From assembly GCA_963797555.1 (NCBI GenBank), contig CAWCPV010000003.1:320001-384000 (forward strand): a DNA stretch of 64,000 nt. Direction: 5' to 3'. This stretch comes from an uncultured Gammaproteobacteria bacterium (GTDB lineage: Bacteria > Pseudomonadota > Gammaproteobacteria > CAWCPV01). The notes beneath the pieces are model-generated. The model was not told the origin of the DNA. It worked only from the letters and a program-made list of their open reading frames with translations, and did no database searches. Position numbers and translations under genes: made by a program. Position 1 is the first letter of the stretch. Every line of letters begins with the position of its first letter. Below are positions 42,012 through 53,121 of this stretch, piece after piece.

Positions 42012-42811
42012 ACGTCCGGCGGTGCCGGCTCCTCCAGGCTCACGGCTCCGACCATGCCTTCCGTCGTCCACCCTCGCAGCAGCATGGCGGCGTGAGCCGC
42101 GACGCCGTCTTCCGCGAGCCACGCACACAACCCCTCACAGATCTCCGCAAAACAGTGACCCGCAAGGACCGCGTCGAGCGCCCAACACTCGGGCGTCGGG
42201 AGCGACCTGAAGTAAGTCCGCAAGTCTTGCCGCCAGATCACCCACCCCCCCGCCTGCGCGTAGGGTTGCAGCGCCGGCGCAGCCGCCTGCTGGTCCGCGG
42301 CCTGCCGTATGCTCGGGACGTTCCAATGGACGGTCGTACGCCGAACGGAAGGGTGCATCTGAAAGCGCATCCGGGGCCAGGACATCGCCGGAATGGCGGC
42401 GATGGTCCCGATGTCCAGCGTCGGGCCGTCGGCCGCGTCGAATGCCTCCCCGAGCGTCCAGTCGAACCGGGCCATCTCTGCCAGGAACGGCCTGTGTTGG
42501 AAGGATGCGTGCGTCCCCAGGAAGGCAGCGAGGCGTTCTCCATAGTAGCGGACAGAGAAGTGCGTAGGCGGGCACGCCTCGGCGTAACCCAATGCCATCG
42601 ACCGGAACTCCTCGTCGCCGAGCCAAGCCCGCAGCGTCGGGAAGTCGAGCTTGAGAACCTCCAGCAGGCGCAGCCGGTAAGCCTCCGCGTAGATCCGGAG
42701 CCGCGTCTCGGCAGTCGCCCTGCGGGTGCCGACGACCTCCGCCTCCATGGACGACGAAGGGCAGAGCACGAATGACTGGAGCTCACGCTGCAGGCTGCGC
42801 AGGGCGTTCAC
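42008..42811 (-). CDS. DUF2063 RiPP-maturation partner (BufC/HvfC-like)
   Basis: RLRIYAEAYRLRL...FPTL; overlaps the DUF692 gene. Confidence 0.85.
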   Translation of the reverse strand: MNALRSLQRELQSFVLCPSSSMEAEVVGTRRATAETRLRIYAEAYRLRLLEVLKLDFPTLRAWLGDEEFRSMALGYAEACPPTHFSVRYYGERLAAFLGTHASFQHRPFLAEMARFDWTLGEAFDAADGPTLDIGTIAAIPAMSWPRMRFQMHPSVRRTTVHWNVPSIRQAADQQAAAPALQPYAQAGGWVIWRQDLRTYFRSLPTPECWALDAVLAGHCFAEICEGLCAWLAEDGVAAHAAMLLRGWTTEGMVGAVSLEEPAPPDV

Positions 42812-43776
42812 GCAACGGCCTCGCTGAGCATGCGCTCGGCGATGCGGCGGGCCAGGCTCAGCTCGCCCAACAGCATATCCAGGGGAGGAATGTTGTCGTC
42901 GCGCTCGATCATGGCGGAGACGCGGCCGAAGCGTCGGACCGCCTCAGCGTAGAGATCCCAAACCGGGTCGATCACCGGCTCGTCATGCGTGTCCACGATG
43001 TAGTCGGATAGATTGCGGTGTCCGGCCAGATGGAACTGCTGCACCCGCTGCACCGGCACCCCATCCAGGTAGACCAGCGGGTCGAAGTCGTGGTTGAAGG
43101 CGCTGACGTAAACATTGTTGATATCTAGCAGGATCAGGCAATCTGCCAGCTCGGCGACGGCCGTCAGAAACTCCCACTCCATCATCTGCGATTGGCGATA
43201 CGTCAGGTAGCTCGACACGTTTTCGAGCAGGATGCGCCGCCCGAGAAACTCCTGGACTGCGGACACGCGCCGCACCACGTGGTCCACGGCTTCCTCCGTA
43301 TACGGCAGAGGCAGCAGGTCGTGCATGTTCAGACCATCCAAGCCGGTCCAACAGAGATGATCGGAGATCCAGGCCGGCTCAATAGCGTCCGCTAAGGCCC
43401 TGACTTTCCGAAGGTAACCCCAGTCCAGCGGATCCGTGCCACCGATGGAAAGCGACACGCCGTGCATGACCATCGGATAGTGCTCTCGTACCCGACGGAG
43501 GTGGTAGAGCGGTTTCCCGCCGGCGACCAAGTAGTTCTCTGTGATGACCTCAAACCAGTCGACCTCAGGCCGTTCGGTCATCACAGTCTGGTAGTGCTCT
43601 TTGCGCAGCCCCAACCCGAAGCCGAGGCAGGGGAGCCGCACGATCGGTGAGGGTGCCGCCAAGGTGATATCAGCTCCTCCCCGGATTGGCCGGGAGCCAT
43701 GTCCCGTCAACCTGACTCCATCGGGAGGCTTGCCACCACCGTTCATGGCGCACCCGGTGTCGGACGGCGCCGGCAC
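42808..43776 (-). CDS. DUF692 multinuclear non-heme iron enzyme (BufB-like); true start probably further downstream
   Basis: GFGLGLR, HGVSLSIG, SDHLCW, LENVSSY, LDINNVYV, HLAGH and DTHD motifs. Confidence 0.93.
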   Translation of the reverse strand: MPAPSDTGCAMNGGGKPPDGVRLTGHGSRPIRGGADITLAAPSPIVRLPCLGFGLGLRKEHYQTVMTERPEVDWFEVITENYLVAGGKPLYHLRRVREHYPMVMHGVSLSIGGTDPLDWGYLRKVRALADAIEPAWISDHLCWTGLDGLNMHDLLPLPYTEEAVDHVVRRVSAVQEFLGRRILLENVSSYLTYRQSQMMEWEFLTAVAELADCLILLDINNVYVSAFNHDFDPLVYLDGVPVQRVQQFHLAGHRNLSDYIVDTHDEPVIDPVWDLYAEAVRRFGRVSAMIERDDNIPPLDMLLGELSLARRIAERMLSEAVA

Positions 43777-43803
43777 CAGGTGCGGAATCTAAGCGCTCAG
43801 GGC

Positions 43804-44070
43804 TCACTCCGACAGGACAGTACCGCCCTCGGCCTTGCATTCCGCCTCGGTCTTGTTGAGCCAGCCCTCGCCCTTACAGGAGTTCTGTCCCTTGCAGCCG
43901 TTGTGGGCACTCTTGCACTCCGAGGTCCCCTTACAGGAATTGACGCCGGCACAGTGAACCTTGGCTTCGGCGGCACCTTGCTCGGCGGCGCTAGCCACGT
44001 TGACTGTGGCGAACAGCGCGGCGGCAGCCGTGGCCAGGACCATCCCGGACACCTTCTTGGTGGTCATCAT
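43804..44070 (-). CDS. Cys-rich exported RiPP precursor (bufferin BufA2-like)
   Basis: Signal peptide; CAGVNSCKG..C...NGCKGQNSCKG...C..EGG. Confidence 0.85.
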   Translation of the reverse strand: MMTTKKVSGMVLATAAAALFATVNVASAAEQGAAEAKVHCAGVNSCKGTSECKSAHNGCKGQNSCKGEGWLNKTEAECKAEGGTVLSE

Positions 44071-44379
44071 AAGCTTCTCCTTGGGGGTAGTGACGGTTCG
44101 GTGCTGCGGGTCGCACTCCGCGGTCTTCACGGTACCGGTGAACGACAACCCGCCGCTCGGGTTCGATCGGCCTCGCAGGAGACGATCGCGACCTATACTA
44201 CCGAGAACCGGCCAAGATGAAAAGCGCCGTCGCTGCTTCCCGACGAGCTTACAGTTTGCTCATGGTTTCCGTTGCTTACGCTACATGGCTGAGGATTGAC
44301 CTCGGGTTCCGAGCGGGCGCAACGCCTTCTCGCATGGGGTCGCCCCTTGGCGGATTGCCGTCCGCCAGCGACGCTAGCG

Positions 44380-44628
44380 CTAGGTCATCTCAATGATCGT
44401 GCCTTCGCCGGCCGGACCCGAAACGACGACGATCCGACCGAGCGTCTTGTGGTAGCCCACGTAGACGACGTAGCTCCCACGGTCCATGGACTCCGAGACC
44501 TCCATCTCCTCTACGATGTCGGCGACCAACTGCGGTTCCGCCTCGATGATCCTCATGGCCATCACCTCCTCGGTGCCCCTGCCCGTTTCATGTACCAGCG
44601 CCAGGCGAACCTGCCTGAAGGACGCCAT
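44380..44628 (-). CDS. Small hypothetical protein
   Basis: Protein-like; likely ATG ~44559 with GAGGAGG RBS. Confidence 0.6.
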   Translation of the reverse strand: MASFRQVRLALVHETGRGTEEVMAMRIIEAEPQLVADIVEEMEVSESMDRGSYVVYVGYHKTLGRIVVVSGPAGEGTIIEMT

Positions 44629-45380
44629 AAGACTGATTCTATACCGTGGGCGTGAAAAAGCGCGTCGTCACTGCCGAGCCCGCGTCCGCTGGTGACCCCA
44701 TGGGCGCAGGCCGCGGTGCGTCGGGAGGCACGATTCCGCCAGGCTTCCAGCGCCTGACACTACGCCTTTGGCTTTGTCACCGTTCGCTCGCCGGCGGCCG
44801 CAATCGCTCGTGGACTCAGGCAATAGGTTCTGCCGGTCATCTGCAGGGCGACGGTGGTATGATGCCGGTCGAAAGGGCGAACAAGCGCGACGATGAATGC
44901 GGCACGCGCCATGAGAGTCGGCCGGGCAGTTGCGCAGCTCCCGGCTTGCGACACGGCCGGTGCTAACGCCCGTACTGGCGGCGGAGGTCCATCGCCGGGT
45001 CTGCGGAGACAGCGCTGTGGCGATTTCTCCGATCCCCCGCCGGTCGCCGCATCGACACAGATCCTCAAAACGGACGCCCGCGACACGCCGGCATGCGCGA
45101 CAGCGCAGGCGGAACACGGCAAAACGTCTGTAGGATCCGCAGCGGGAGACCCAGGCAAGGCGGAGGAATAACCGCAGGATCCCACCGGTCGGCCTCTGCG
45201 GAAGAGAAGCCTCAGAACGAAATCCCGTTCTACGAAGCCCGTGCTTGGCCACAGATCTCGATAGGCGCTTCCTGGCAAGGTCGGCGAGAAGTGATACGAA
45301 TTGTCCCGCCTCGCAAGGGACGGCTGACGAGTCATTCCACGGGGGCGGCGGCCAACCGGTACGTTTCCAGGGTGTGACGT

Positions 45381-47069
45381 TTGATGCATCCTTGTTCCGG
45401 CAACAGCCGCCCTGGGCATCCGGAGGGCCACCCCGGCCTCCAGCCTTGGTACGTGTCGGGCCATCCGCTCGCGCCGCCGCTGGCCTCGCCCGCCGCAGAC
45501 CGGTTGCCGGGAATCGGCCTCAGCCGGCGGCAGACGGGGCTGCTGCTCGGTCTGTTCGCAACCCTTTTCTGTGCAAATCTGCTCGTGCCGCGGGATCTTT
45601 GGGTTCAGGATGAGGCGCGTTATGGCGAGGTTGTCCGGGAAATGCTGGAGAGCGGACAGTGGTTGGTCCCCCATCTCAACGGTCACCCCTATCCCGACAA
45701 GCCGCCCCTTTACTTCTGGATCGTGGCCGCGGTCGGATCGGTGGTCGGTCAGGGCGAGTTGGCCTTCCGGCTGACCACCGCACTGTCCACCCTCATCGCT
45801 CTCGCCGGGGTCGGCGCCATCGGGCGGATGTTCGGCGGCAGCGAGGTCGGGCTCTGGAGCGCGGTACTGTTCGCCACCACCTTCGTCACGCTCGTCGTCG
45901 GCCACATCGCGCGCATGGACATGCTCCTGACGATGACAGCGGTGTTTGCCTGGCTGGCGCTCGAGCACCTGCGCAGAACCCACCGGGCTCGGACGCTGGC
46001 CATATTCTGGGCGCTGGCGGCTCTGGGCGTCGCCATCAAGGGCCCCATCGCCCTCCTCTTCACCGTCTTGCCGGGGGTCGCAGCGATCACCGTCGAGCGC
46101 GGCTGGCGCGGCTTCCGGGCACTCCGCCCGGTCGCCGGCCTACTCATGCTCACCGCCATGATCCTGACATGGGCCGGACTCGTGGTCACTCAGGGAAACG
46201 GTGACTACCTGTACGATATCTGGAATCGTCAGCTCGTGGGGCGAGCGGTAGACGCCTGGAGTCACAGGGAGCCTTTCTATTTCTACGCGCTGTTGCTGCC
46301 ATTGCTGGTCATGCCGTGGGCCGGTCTTGTGGCACACGGCTTCCGGGTGCTATTCCGCGACCGCGCGCCGGCCCGAGCGTCAATCCTGTCCTACAGTCTA
46401 TTGCCGCTGGTCGCTATCTCCCTAGTCTCCGGAAAGCTGTTCATCTATGTCGAGCCCGTGGTGCCGGCGCTCGCGATCGCGGCAGCGCTTGGCGCTGCGG
46501 AGATTCAACGCCGCCCGAAAATCCCGCGTTGGGTCGCCTGGCCGCCGGTGTTGCTGCTGACCGTCTGCGCCGCAGCCGTCATACACGTGGCCCACGCTTA
46601 TCTGTCCGATGCGCGGCAAGCGTACGGCGTCGCCGTCGGTCTTTTCGCGTTGACGCTGCTCGCCGCGGCGCTGGCCCGCAGCCATCCCGCTAAATGGGTC
46701 CGGGGTTGGGTCGGCGTCACCGTTGGCGTCTCCTGGCTCGTGTTCGGGTGGCTGGCCCTGCTCATCAACCCGCTCTTTTCTCCGCGGACGCTCAGCCGGG
46801 CCGTCGCTCAACATGGCGCGCCCGCCCACGACGTCGGCGAGGTGCGCACCACTCGCGGAATCCTCAACTATTACGCGGGACGGCTATTTACCGAGGTGGA
46901 CCCCGAACACGCGGCTTCCTGGTGGGCAGAGCATCCGCGGGCGGTCCTCGTGATCAAGACCCCAGATCTCAAATACGTCTTCGAGGCCGGGAATACGCCA
47001 CGCTCCTGTCGGGTGGATGAGACGTATAACGTCGAGCTGAAGGAATACCATGTGTTGGCAGGGTGTTGA
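45381..47069 (+). CDS. ArnT/PMT-family membrane glycosyltransferase
   Basis: DEARYGEVVREM, YPDKPPLYFW, KGP and H.EPFYFY motifs. Confidence 0.92.
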   Translation: MMHPCSGNSRPGHPEGHPGLQPWYVSGHPLAPPLASPAADRLPGIGLSRRQTGLLLGLFATLFCANLLVPRDLWVQDEARYGEVVREMLESGQWLVPHLNGHPYPDKPPLYFWIVAAVGSVVGQGELAFRLTTALSTLIALAGVGAIGRMFGGSEVGLWSAVLFATTFVTLVVGHIARMDMLLTMTAVFAWLALEHLRRTHRARTLAIFWALAALGVAIKGPIALLFTVLPGVAAITVERGWRGFRALRPVAGLLMLTAMILTWAGLVVTQGNGDYLYDIWNRQLVGRAVDAWSHREPFYFYALLLPLLVMPWAGLVAHGFRVLFRDRAPARASILSYSLLPLVAISLVSGKLFIYVEPVVPALAIAAALGAAEIQRRPKIPRWVAWPPVLLLTVCAAAVIHVAHAYLSDARQAYGVAVGLFALTLLAAALARSHPAKWVRGWVGVTVGVSWLVFGWLALLINPLFSPRTLSRAVAQHGAPAHDVGEVRTTRGILNYYAGRLFTEVDPEHAASWWAEHPRAVLVIKTPDLKYVFEAGNTPRSCRVDETYNVELKEYHVLAGC

Positions 47070-47706
47070 TCCGAGGTCTCGCCTGCGTGCCGCCTCTGCC
47101 GCATGGCTGGCACTGCTGATGGTCGGAACGGCGTGGCTGCTCTCGGTCGGCGACATGGCGAGCGTGGAAGCGATGCGCGCCGTCGCGCGGAGCGTGGACG
47201 CCCATCGTTGGATCGAACGGTTCTCCAGTCTGGGCCCGTACCTTTTCTACGGCCTTTTCGTCATCGTCTTCTGTGTCGGCTGGGTCCGTGACGATGGATG
47301 CCCCAAGGTCATCAGCATCGGCTACCTCATTGCCCAGATCCTCGGACCGATTCTCACCGTGCGGATTCTCAAGTTCCTCACCGGACGCCCGCGTCCTCAT
47401 GCCGTCCTCGCCGGGAGAAGCGGGTCCGATTGGATCGGCCCCACCTGGGATTCCGCATTCCACTCTTTTCCCTCCGGCCACGCAGCGGACGTGGTGACTG
47501 GGGCCATCTTCGCGACGCTGCTGTGGCGCGGTGCCCGGGCGGCCGTTTGGTGGGCTCTCGCCGTGCTGGTGGCCATGAGCCGCATCGCGCTGGCACAGCA
47601 TTACCCGAGCGACGTGCTGGCGGGCACGCTGCTGGGCGGAATCGTGTCCCTATCCGTATTGAGGGCATGGGCACTGCCCCGCCTGCCTCCCCCTCCACCG
47701 CGCTGA
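47050..47706 (+). CDS. PAP2-family phosphatase
   Basis: K..TGRPRP, SFPSGH and SRI....HYPSDV motifs. Confidence 0.92.
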   Translation: MCWQGVDPRSRLRAASAAWLALLMVGTAWLLSVGDMASVEAMRAVARSVDAHRWIERFSSLGPYLFYGLFVIVFCVGWVRDDGCPKVISIGYLIAQILGPILTVRILKFLTGRPRPHAVLAGRSGSDWIGPTWDSAFHSFPSGHAADVVTGAIFATLLWRGARAAVWWALAVLVAMSRIALAQHYPSDVLAGTLLGGIVSLSVLRAWALPRLPPPPPR

Positions 47707-48165
47707 TGGCGCCCCATCGGGGATGGTAGCCTGCAGCGCAACGGAAAGCAGATGACCTGCGAGCGCGCCGATGAATCTCGTAGGTCTCTTTGAGCTGCCG
47801 GTCGACATCCAACGCACGCAGCAGCGGCACCCTGATCTTCCGCAGCTCATTCCCCGCATACAGACGTCATCGATAGGTTGTTGCGTTTGGATGCACTCGC
47901 TCGCGCCTTTGCCGTGGGTTGCCCCAAGACATAGACTACAAGAACGCAGAGCAGCGCCGCGGTTGGCATCCGGTCGGCGCTGCGCGGGCGACCGATTGAT
48001 CGGCGACACATTATCTGCCGAAATAGTGTATGGCGGCCCTCTGGGCCGAGTTCTCGATAGGGCCCGAGGCCGTGTCGGGGCACCAAGACGGGCAGGCGGG
48101 CGTCTTCCGACGCCGCACCCAGGGAAAATGGGCGGAATGCCGCGGACCGTGAGGAGGGCCGGCCC

Positions 48166-48519
48166 ATGCAGGTCTATCACTCCACCACGCTTGACACTGC
48201 GGAAACCATATTCGAAAAGGGGTTTCCAGGCGCCAGCGCAGGACCACTCACCCGAGGACCACGCTCCGGCGTCTGGGTTACGGAGCGCCCGATCATGTCG
48301 GGCGACGGGCTGGGCCGCATGGAGGCGTGGTTCGAGATCTCCATTGAAGAGTCCCTGCTGCGACCGTACGAGTGGATTGAGGAAAGCACGGCGTATCGGC
48401 AGTGGGTGGCGCCGGCAGAGTTACTGAACGAGCACGGTCTGGTGCGCGCCCTTGACGAAACGCAGGCGATCGTCCTGTATGACGCATGGCTGGAGCGGCG
48501 TCTGTCCGACGGCAGCTAG
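48166..48519 (+). CDS. Hypothetical protein
   Basis: GAGGAG RBS; YHST...IFEKGF...GVWVT is weakly reminiscent of ADP-ribosyltransferase-like folds. Confidence 0.6.
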   Translation: MQVYHSTTLDTAETIFEKGFPGASAGPLTRGPRSGVWVTERPIMSGDGLGRMEAWFEISIEESLLRPYEWIEESTAYRQWVAPAELLNEHGLVRALDETQAIVLYDAWLERRLSDGS

Positions 48520-48626
48520 ACGAAGGGACGCCCTCTGCGACGCGGAGGCGCAAAGGCCACTCGGGCTTCGGGGTGGAGCTGGAGAGTACGTGCGGCAACC
48601 GGCACTCGCCGGCCGCACGGGAGACG

Positions 48627-48896
48627 TTAACGCGAATCGTCGCGTCGGACGACCGTGTACTCGCCCTCGATAACCCGAAGGGACGGTGCCTGCTTGGCGC
48701 GGCGGCGGCTCCAGCGCCAGCGCGCCCAGCCAATCAGGGCGAGTATCGAAAACAGTGCCAGGAAGACGGTGAAGAACAGCAACCCCACAACCAGGACCGC
48801 CAACGCGAAGCCGCCGAGCAACAATGCGTCCACCCAGCCGATTCGAGCCTGAACGAGATCTGTCAACCGACGCGCGTGGGCCCGCGATTGTGCCAT
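48627..48896 (-). CDS. Small membrane protein
   Basis: Hydrophobic stretch followed by VIEGEY C-terminus. Confidence 0.65.
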   Translation of the reverse strand: MAQSRAHARRLTDLVQARIGWVDALLLGGFALAVLVVGLLFFTVFLALFSILALIGWARWRWSRRRAKQAPSLRVIEGEYTVVRRDDSR

Positions 48897-49118
48897 CGAA
48901 TCCTCTTGTCCTTCGCCCCGGCGTTCGGAACGGTTCGTTTGCAACGATGCGATCCGCCAATCTAGCGCGGTGAGACGACGACTCCCCGGCGGCGCAGCGA
49001 CTCCGAGCTATTAGACTCGCCCGAGTACCCGAGTTCAACGGCAGGTGTCCAGAGGCGCAAACAGGCGCGCTCCGAGTTGGGGAGAGGGCCTGACGAGACT
49101 CTGGATGGGAAGGACTGA

Positions 49119-49250
49119 GAGCTTGTGAATAAATCTGCTGCGCGTCCCGATAGCGGCGTTGCGCGGTGCTCGCTCCTCGCCTATCTACTTGATATGTCTC
49201 GTCGCTGCGCCTTGCTCTCGGGCCGCTCGCGACGATTTCTTCACAAGCTC
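49119..49250. mobile_element. 132-bp MITE; degenerate second copy ~49938-50080
   Basis: TIR GAGCTTGTGAA/TTCACAAGCTC with a TGA duplication. Confidence 0.7.
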
Positions 49251-49395
49251 TGAGGTACAAGTCTGCAGCGGGACCGCCTCATCGCCGACTTGGGGCAGGA
49301 GTGGCCGGTGTTTTCTTTCGGCTGGCTGAGGCAGCACGCTCCCAGCGAAACCGACAGCGGGCTCTTGCCAGACGCGGCCGATCGCAGCACCCGTG

Positions 49396-49935
49396 CTAAG
49401 GGCGATCCCCTGGACGCGACGCTTCCTCGGCGGGGCCGGCCTGCGGCCCGGGCCCGCGCCGAGAATCTCGGGCGTGCGAGGCGGATGCCGTTGCAGCCGT
49501 CTTGGCAGGGGGAGGATGGGGAGCCAGAGGGGATCCCGGAGGCAGGGCCAGCGGTTGCACCATCTGCTGGGCGGATGGGCTGTTCGCCTGCCGTTTCTGC
49601 GCCTCGGCGAGCTGTTTATCGATGATCTTGGCGGTGATCTTGTCACCGTCGCGCTGCCAGCGTACCTGCTCCCGCTCGACTTTTTTGCGTTGGTGACTCA
49701 CCTCGCCTTGGCCACCGCTTTCCAGCTTATCCAAATCGTGCCGAGTCGCCCGCTGCTGCCGTTCGACCATACGCTGCACCGCCTCCTGGGTCGGCGGAGT
49801 GTCGTCATAAAGCTCGAATCCGCGCGCGTCAATACGATGCCGCCCGCAGCCCGACTCGAACCACGGCAAGAGGAGCAGGAGCAGCACGAAGGCCGCATTT
49901 AAACGAGTCATCGGGTCCGCATAACAGCGTTCCAT
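49396..49935 (-). CDS. Putative lipoprotein
   Basis: Hydrophobic N-terminus with SGC; coiled-coil middle. Confidence 0.5.
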   Translation of the reverse strand: MERCYADPMTRLNAAFVLLLLLLPWFESGCGRHRIDARGFELYDDTPPTQEAVQRMVERQQRATRHDLDKLESGGQGEVSHQRKKVEREQVRWQRDGDKITAKIIDKQLAEAQKRQANSPSAQQMVQPLALPPGSPLAPHPPPAKTAATASASHARDSRRGPGPQAGPAEEASRPGDRP

Positions 49936-50944
49936 CCGGTGAATGGATCTGCTGCGCGTTCCGATAGCGGCGTTACCCGGCCTTCGCTTCTCGCTTATCG
50001 ACTCGATAGGCCTCGTCGCTGCGCTCCATGCACCATGCTTTCGGGCTGCTCGCCGCTCGCAACGATTTCTTCACCAACTCTGAGAGTGCGTTCAGCCGGT
50101 CGACCGCCGCGCAGACCAGCATTCCCGGCCATACTTCCTGAGCGCACCCGCCAACTTCTCCGGCTCGCGCATTCCGAGCCGGCGCGCCCATGAAGCCCCG
50201 GTGGCTGCCGCCGTCTCCGCTGTCGGACACTCCGCAGCCCAGGTCCTTCTGCCGTCTGGCAGCAGGCTGCCGAAGGGGGGACCGTATGCCAGCACCCGGT
50301 AACGCCCGCTCCCCGGGTCCTGATACAGCGATATGTTGACCCCGTTGCCCGCGAGACTCGCGACTAGTTTCAGTTCGGCGAATGGGTGCCGGGTCGTCTT
50401 TCGTCTCGCTCGAATTCGCACCGCCATCCTCGACGCAACCGGCGGAGTGTTCGGCCTTCAGGTTTTCCTCCGCAGACCCGACGCAGGTTACGGCATGCGG
50501 GTACACAGACGACAGTCGGGCGATTACGCAAAGGATATAGGGTAAACCCTAGCACCTCGTCGGTCACTGGGCGGCCCTCTAGCCGCTCCGGGGTCGTGTC
50601 CGTATCCTAGAGGGTGTCGCGTAGGTGACTGGTGGAGGGGGGTATCTTAGCGTCTTCACGGAGCCAGTCGCGGAGGCGAGTGCCGCGAACCGATGCGCTT
50701 TCATCCACGGCCTTAAACAGTTCGACGATAGCGGTATGTCCGGGTGCTCTGGAAACGGCCGGGCGCTGGTGAGTCCTCCGGCCTTCTCACATTCCAGACA
50801 TCGGACACGGCGCGGGCATGGCGGATGGGAAGCCACAGTGGCACGCGTAGCCTATGTTGGCGCGGGCTGGTGCGGAATGATGGGTTCTCCTACCCGGCCA
50901 TGGCAGCCGCCTATCAGGACGGCGCGCTGCGCCGGATCTCTGTC

Positions 50945-51970
50945 ATGGGCAACCTGAGCCTCTGGGAGCTGGCACCGGGGCTGCTCATCGGACTGTGTTT
51001 CGGCGTGGTCGCACAGCGGTCGCGGTTCTGCATGCTGGCTGCCGTCAGCAACCTCGTGCTGATGCGCGACCGACGACAAATCCATGCGTACCTCGCGGCG
51101 CTGGGCGTCGCCGTGGTGAGCACCCAGATCCTCGAATGGGCGGGATGGGCGGCTATTGCCGATTCCGGTTACAGAACTGCGCCGCTCGATTGGGTGGGCG
51201 CGACGATGGGCGGTCTCACGTTTGGCTTCGGCACCGTGTTGGCCGGCGGATGCGCCGGGCGGACCGTCACGCTCACGGCGGAGGGGAATCTGTCCGCGGG
51301 CATGGCATTGCTCGCCTTCGCCGCCGGAGCAGCAGTAACTCAGTACGGCATCCTGGAACCCCTGCGGCTGGCGGTCATGGAGCGGACGGCCATCCCGTTC
51401 GCCTGCGGTGACCTGTCACTTCCCCATCTGCTACGTGCCCCAGGGTGGCTCATGGGGATCGGCGTAGCGCTGGCGTGCCTCGCGGCAATCTGGTGGTCCG
51501 CGCCCGGAGCCCGCCATGTCCCTCTGCTCCGGGCAGGTGGGTTGCTTGGTGCGTTGGTCGTCGCCGCATGGTGGGCAACCGGGAACCCGATGGATGAGTT
51601 CTCCCCTGTCCATCCGGAGTCTCTCACCTTCTCGGGCCCCTTGGCCCGTTTGGCCGCTTCGGTGTCTGCCGGCAGCAGGCCCGACTTGAACTTCGGGCTC
51701 GCGTTCCTCGCTGGAACGTGGTGCGGCGCCCTAGGCAGCGCATGGGCGGGCGGAACCTTCCGCTGGACGCTCCCGCGACGCGCCAGGATTCCCTACTACG
51801 CGGCCGGCGGAGTACTCATGGGCGTCGGTGCCACGCTTTCCGGCGGCTGCAACATCGGACAGGGGCTGAGCGGGATGTCCACCCTCTCTTCGAAGTCCGT
51901 GCTCGCCACGGCGGCGATCTTCTCGGGGATCTGGCTGGGCGTGAAGTGGCTCGAGCGCTCCGAAGACTAA
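50945..51970 (+). CDS. YeeE/YedE sulfur-compound transporter
   Basis: QRSRFCM, FGFGTVLAGGC and MGVGATLSGGCNIG motifs. Confidence 0.92.
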   Translation: MGNLSLWELAPGLLIGLCFGVVAQRSRFCMLAAVSNLVLMRDRRQIHAYLAALGVAVVSTQILEWAGWAAIADSGYRTAPLDWVGATMGGLTFGFGTVLAGGCAGRTVTLTAEGNLSAGMALLAFAAGAAVTQYGILEPLRLAVMERTAIPFACGDLSLPHLLRAPGWLMGIGVALACLAAIWWSAPGARHVPLLRAGGLLGALVVAAWWATGNPMDEFSPVHPESLTFSGPLARLAASVSAGSRPDLNFGLAFLAGTWCGALGSAWAGGTFRWTLPRRARIPYYAAGGVLMGVGATLSGGCNIGQGLSGMSTLSSKSVLATAAIFSGIWLGVKWLERSED

Positions 51971-52542
51971 AGCCATGCACTGCAAAGGCAAACCCAGTTG
52001 GGGCGATGTACCGGCCCGCGTCGTCGTTTGACCGGCGACGTGGCGGAGCGACCACCGTCTGTATCGCCTCGCGCTTGGGCACGACGTGACGGACATAGAG
52101 CCAGCACCAAGCTCTCGCGGGCACCACGGTGAAAATCCCTTGGCGCGGCGGACCCGGTGCTGGACGGTAGCGATCCACCGCAGACGGGACCCGGCTCTCC
52201 GCAACCGCTCGCCACGAAAACGCGTCCGCGAGACCAGCGATGTGACAGATGCTGACGACGCCGTGCGGCCGCGTCGGAAGACCGACAGAATCGTAAAACG
52301 GCCCGGCGCCTTCCCCACTTCTTCTCTCACCGATCGATGTGTCGCCCGCGTTGAGGTCATCGCGGCGCTTGAGGGGCTCCACGCTTGATCCGCCGAGCGA
52401 GCCGACCGGCCGCGTGCGCCCGCGGATGCACGCACCCGACGCGCGCGGGAGCATTTTGCGAAGCCGCCCGCCTGTTGTAGTATGCCAGAGGCCGTTATCC
52501 GGCCCCTCAGCAGTCTCGACAACCCATCAGAGGAGAAATGTT

Positions 52543-52899
52543 ATGAACAGATATGGTCTGAGAGCGTTAGCACTCGCTGCCGTCTTCGCCGGCACCGCAT
52601 CCCTCGCCTTGTCCGCCATGGCCCAGCCCCCCGCTCCGATGGGGCCCGGCCCCCGCCCCACGCCTCCCATGACGCGCGGCTTCATGGCGATGGACACGAA
52701 CCACGACGGAAAAATCTCCAAGGAAGAGTTCATGCAGCGATGCGAGGAGCGCTTCAAGCGTTTGGATGCGAACGGGGATGGGTTCATCGAGCCCGATGAG
52801 ATGATGCCCGGCGTGCGCAGGAGAATGCCTGCTCCCGTGACGCCCCCGGCCGCCCCGGCGCAGCCGCCCGCCCCGGCACAGGCTGCGCCCCACGAATAG
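52543..52899 (+). CDS. Exported EF-hand protein
   Basis: DTNHDGKISKEE and DANGDGFIEPDE. Confidence 0.9.
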   Translation: MNRYGLRALALAAVFAGTASLALSAMAQPPAPMGPGPRPTPPMTRGFMAMDTNHDGKISKEEFMQRCEERFKRLDANGDGFIEPDEMMPGVRRRMPAPVTPPAAPAQPPAPAQAAPHE

Positions 52900-53121
52900 C
52901 CGGCGTTCTCACAAGCCCAGGCGGGGGTGGCCGGACGAGAAGCGTCCAGGCGCTCCCGCCATGCGTTCCGTCCAGGTCTCTGCGTCCCGTTGTTTGCGGG
53001 TACCGCCCCCTCGCGCCCGGTCAGCGAGCATACTGGGAAGCTCGCCTTACTATTGGTCCCGCCACCATGTGACGAGTCGCCGGTCCACTTTGTCCGCGTC
53101 TGCAGAAATCTAGGAGCACCG

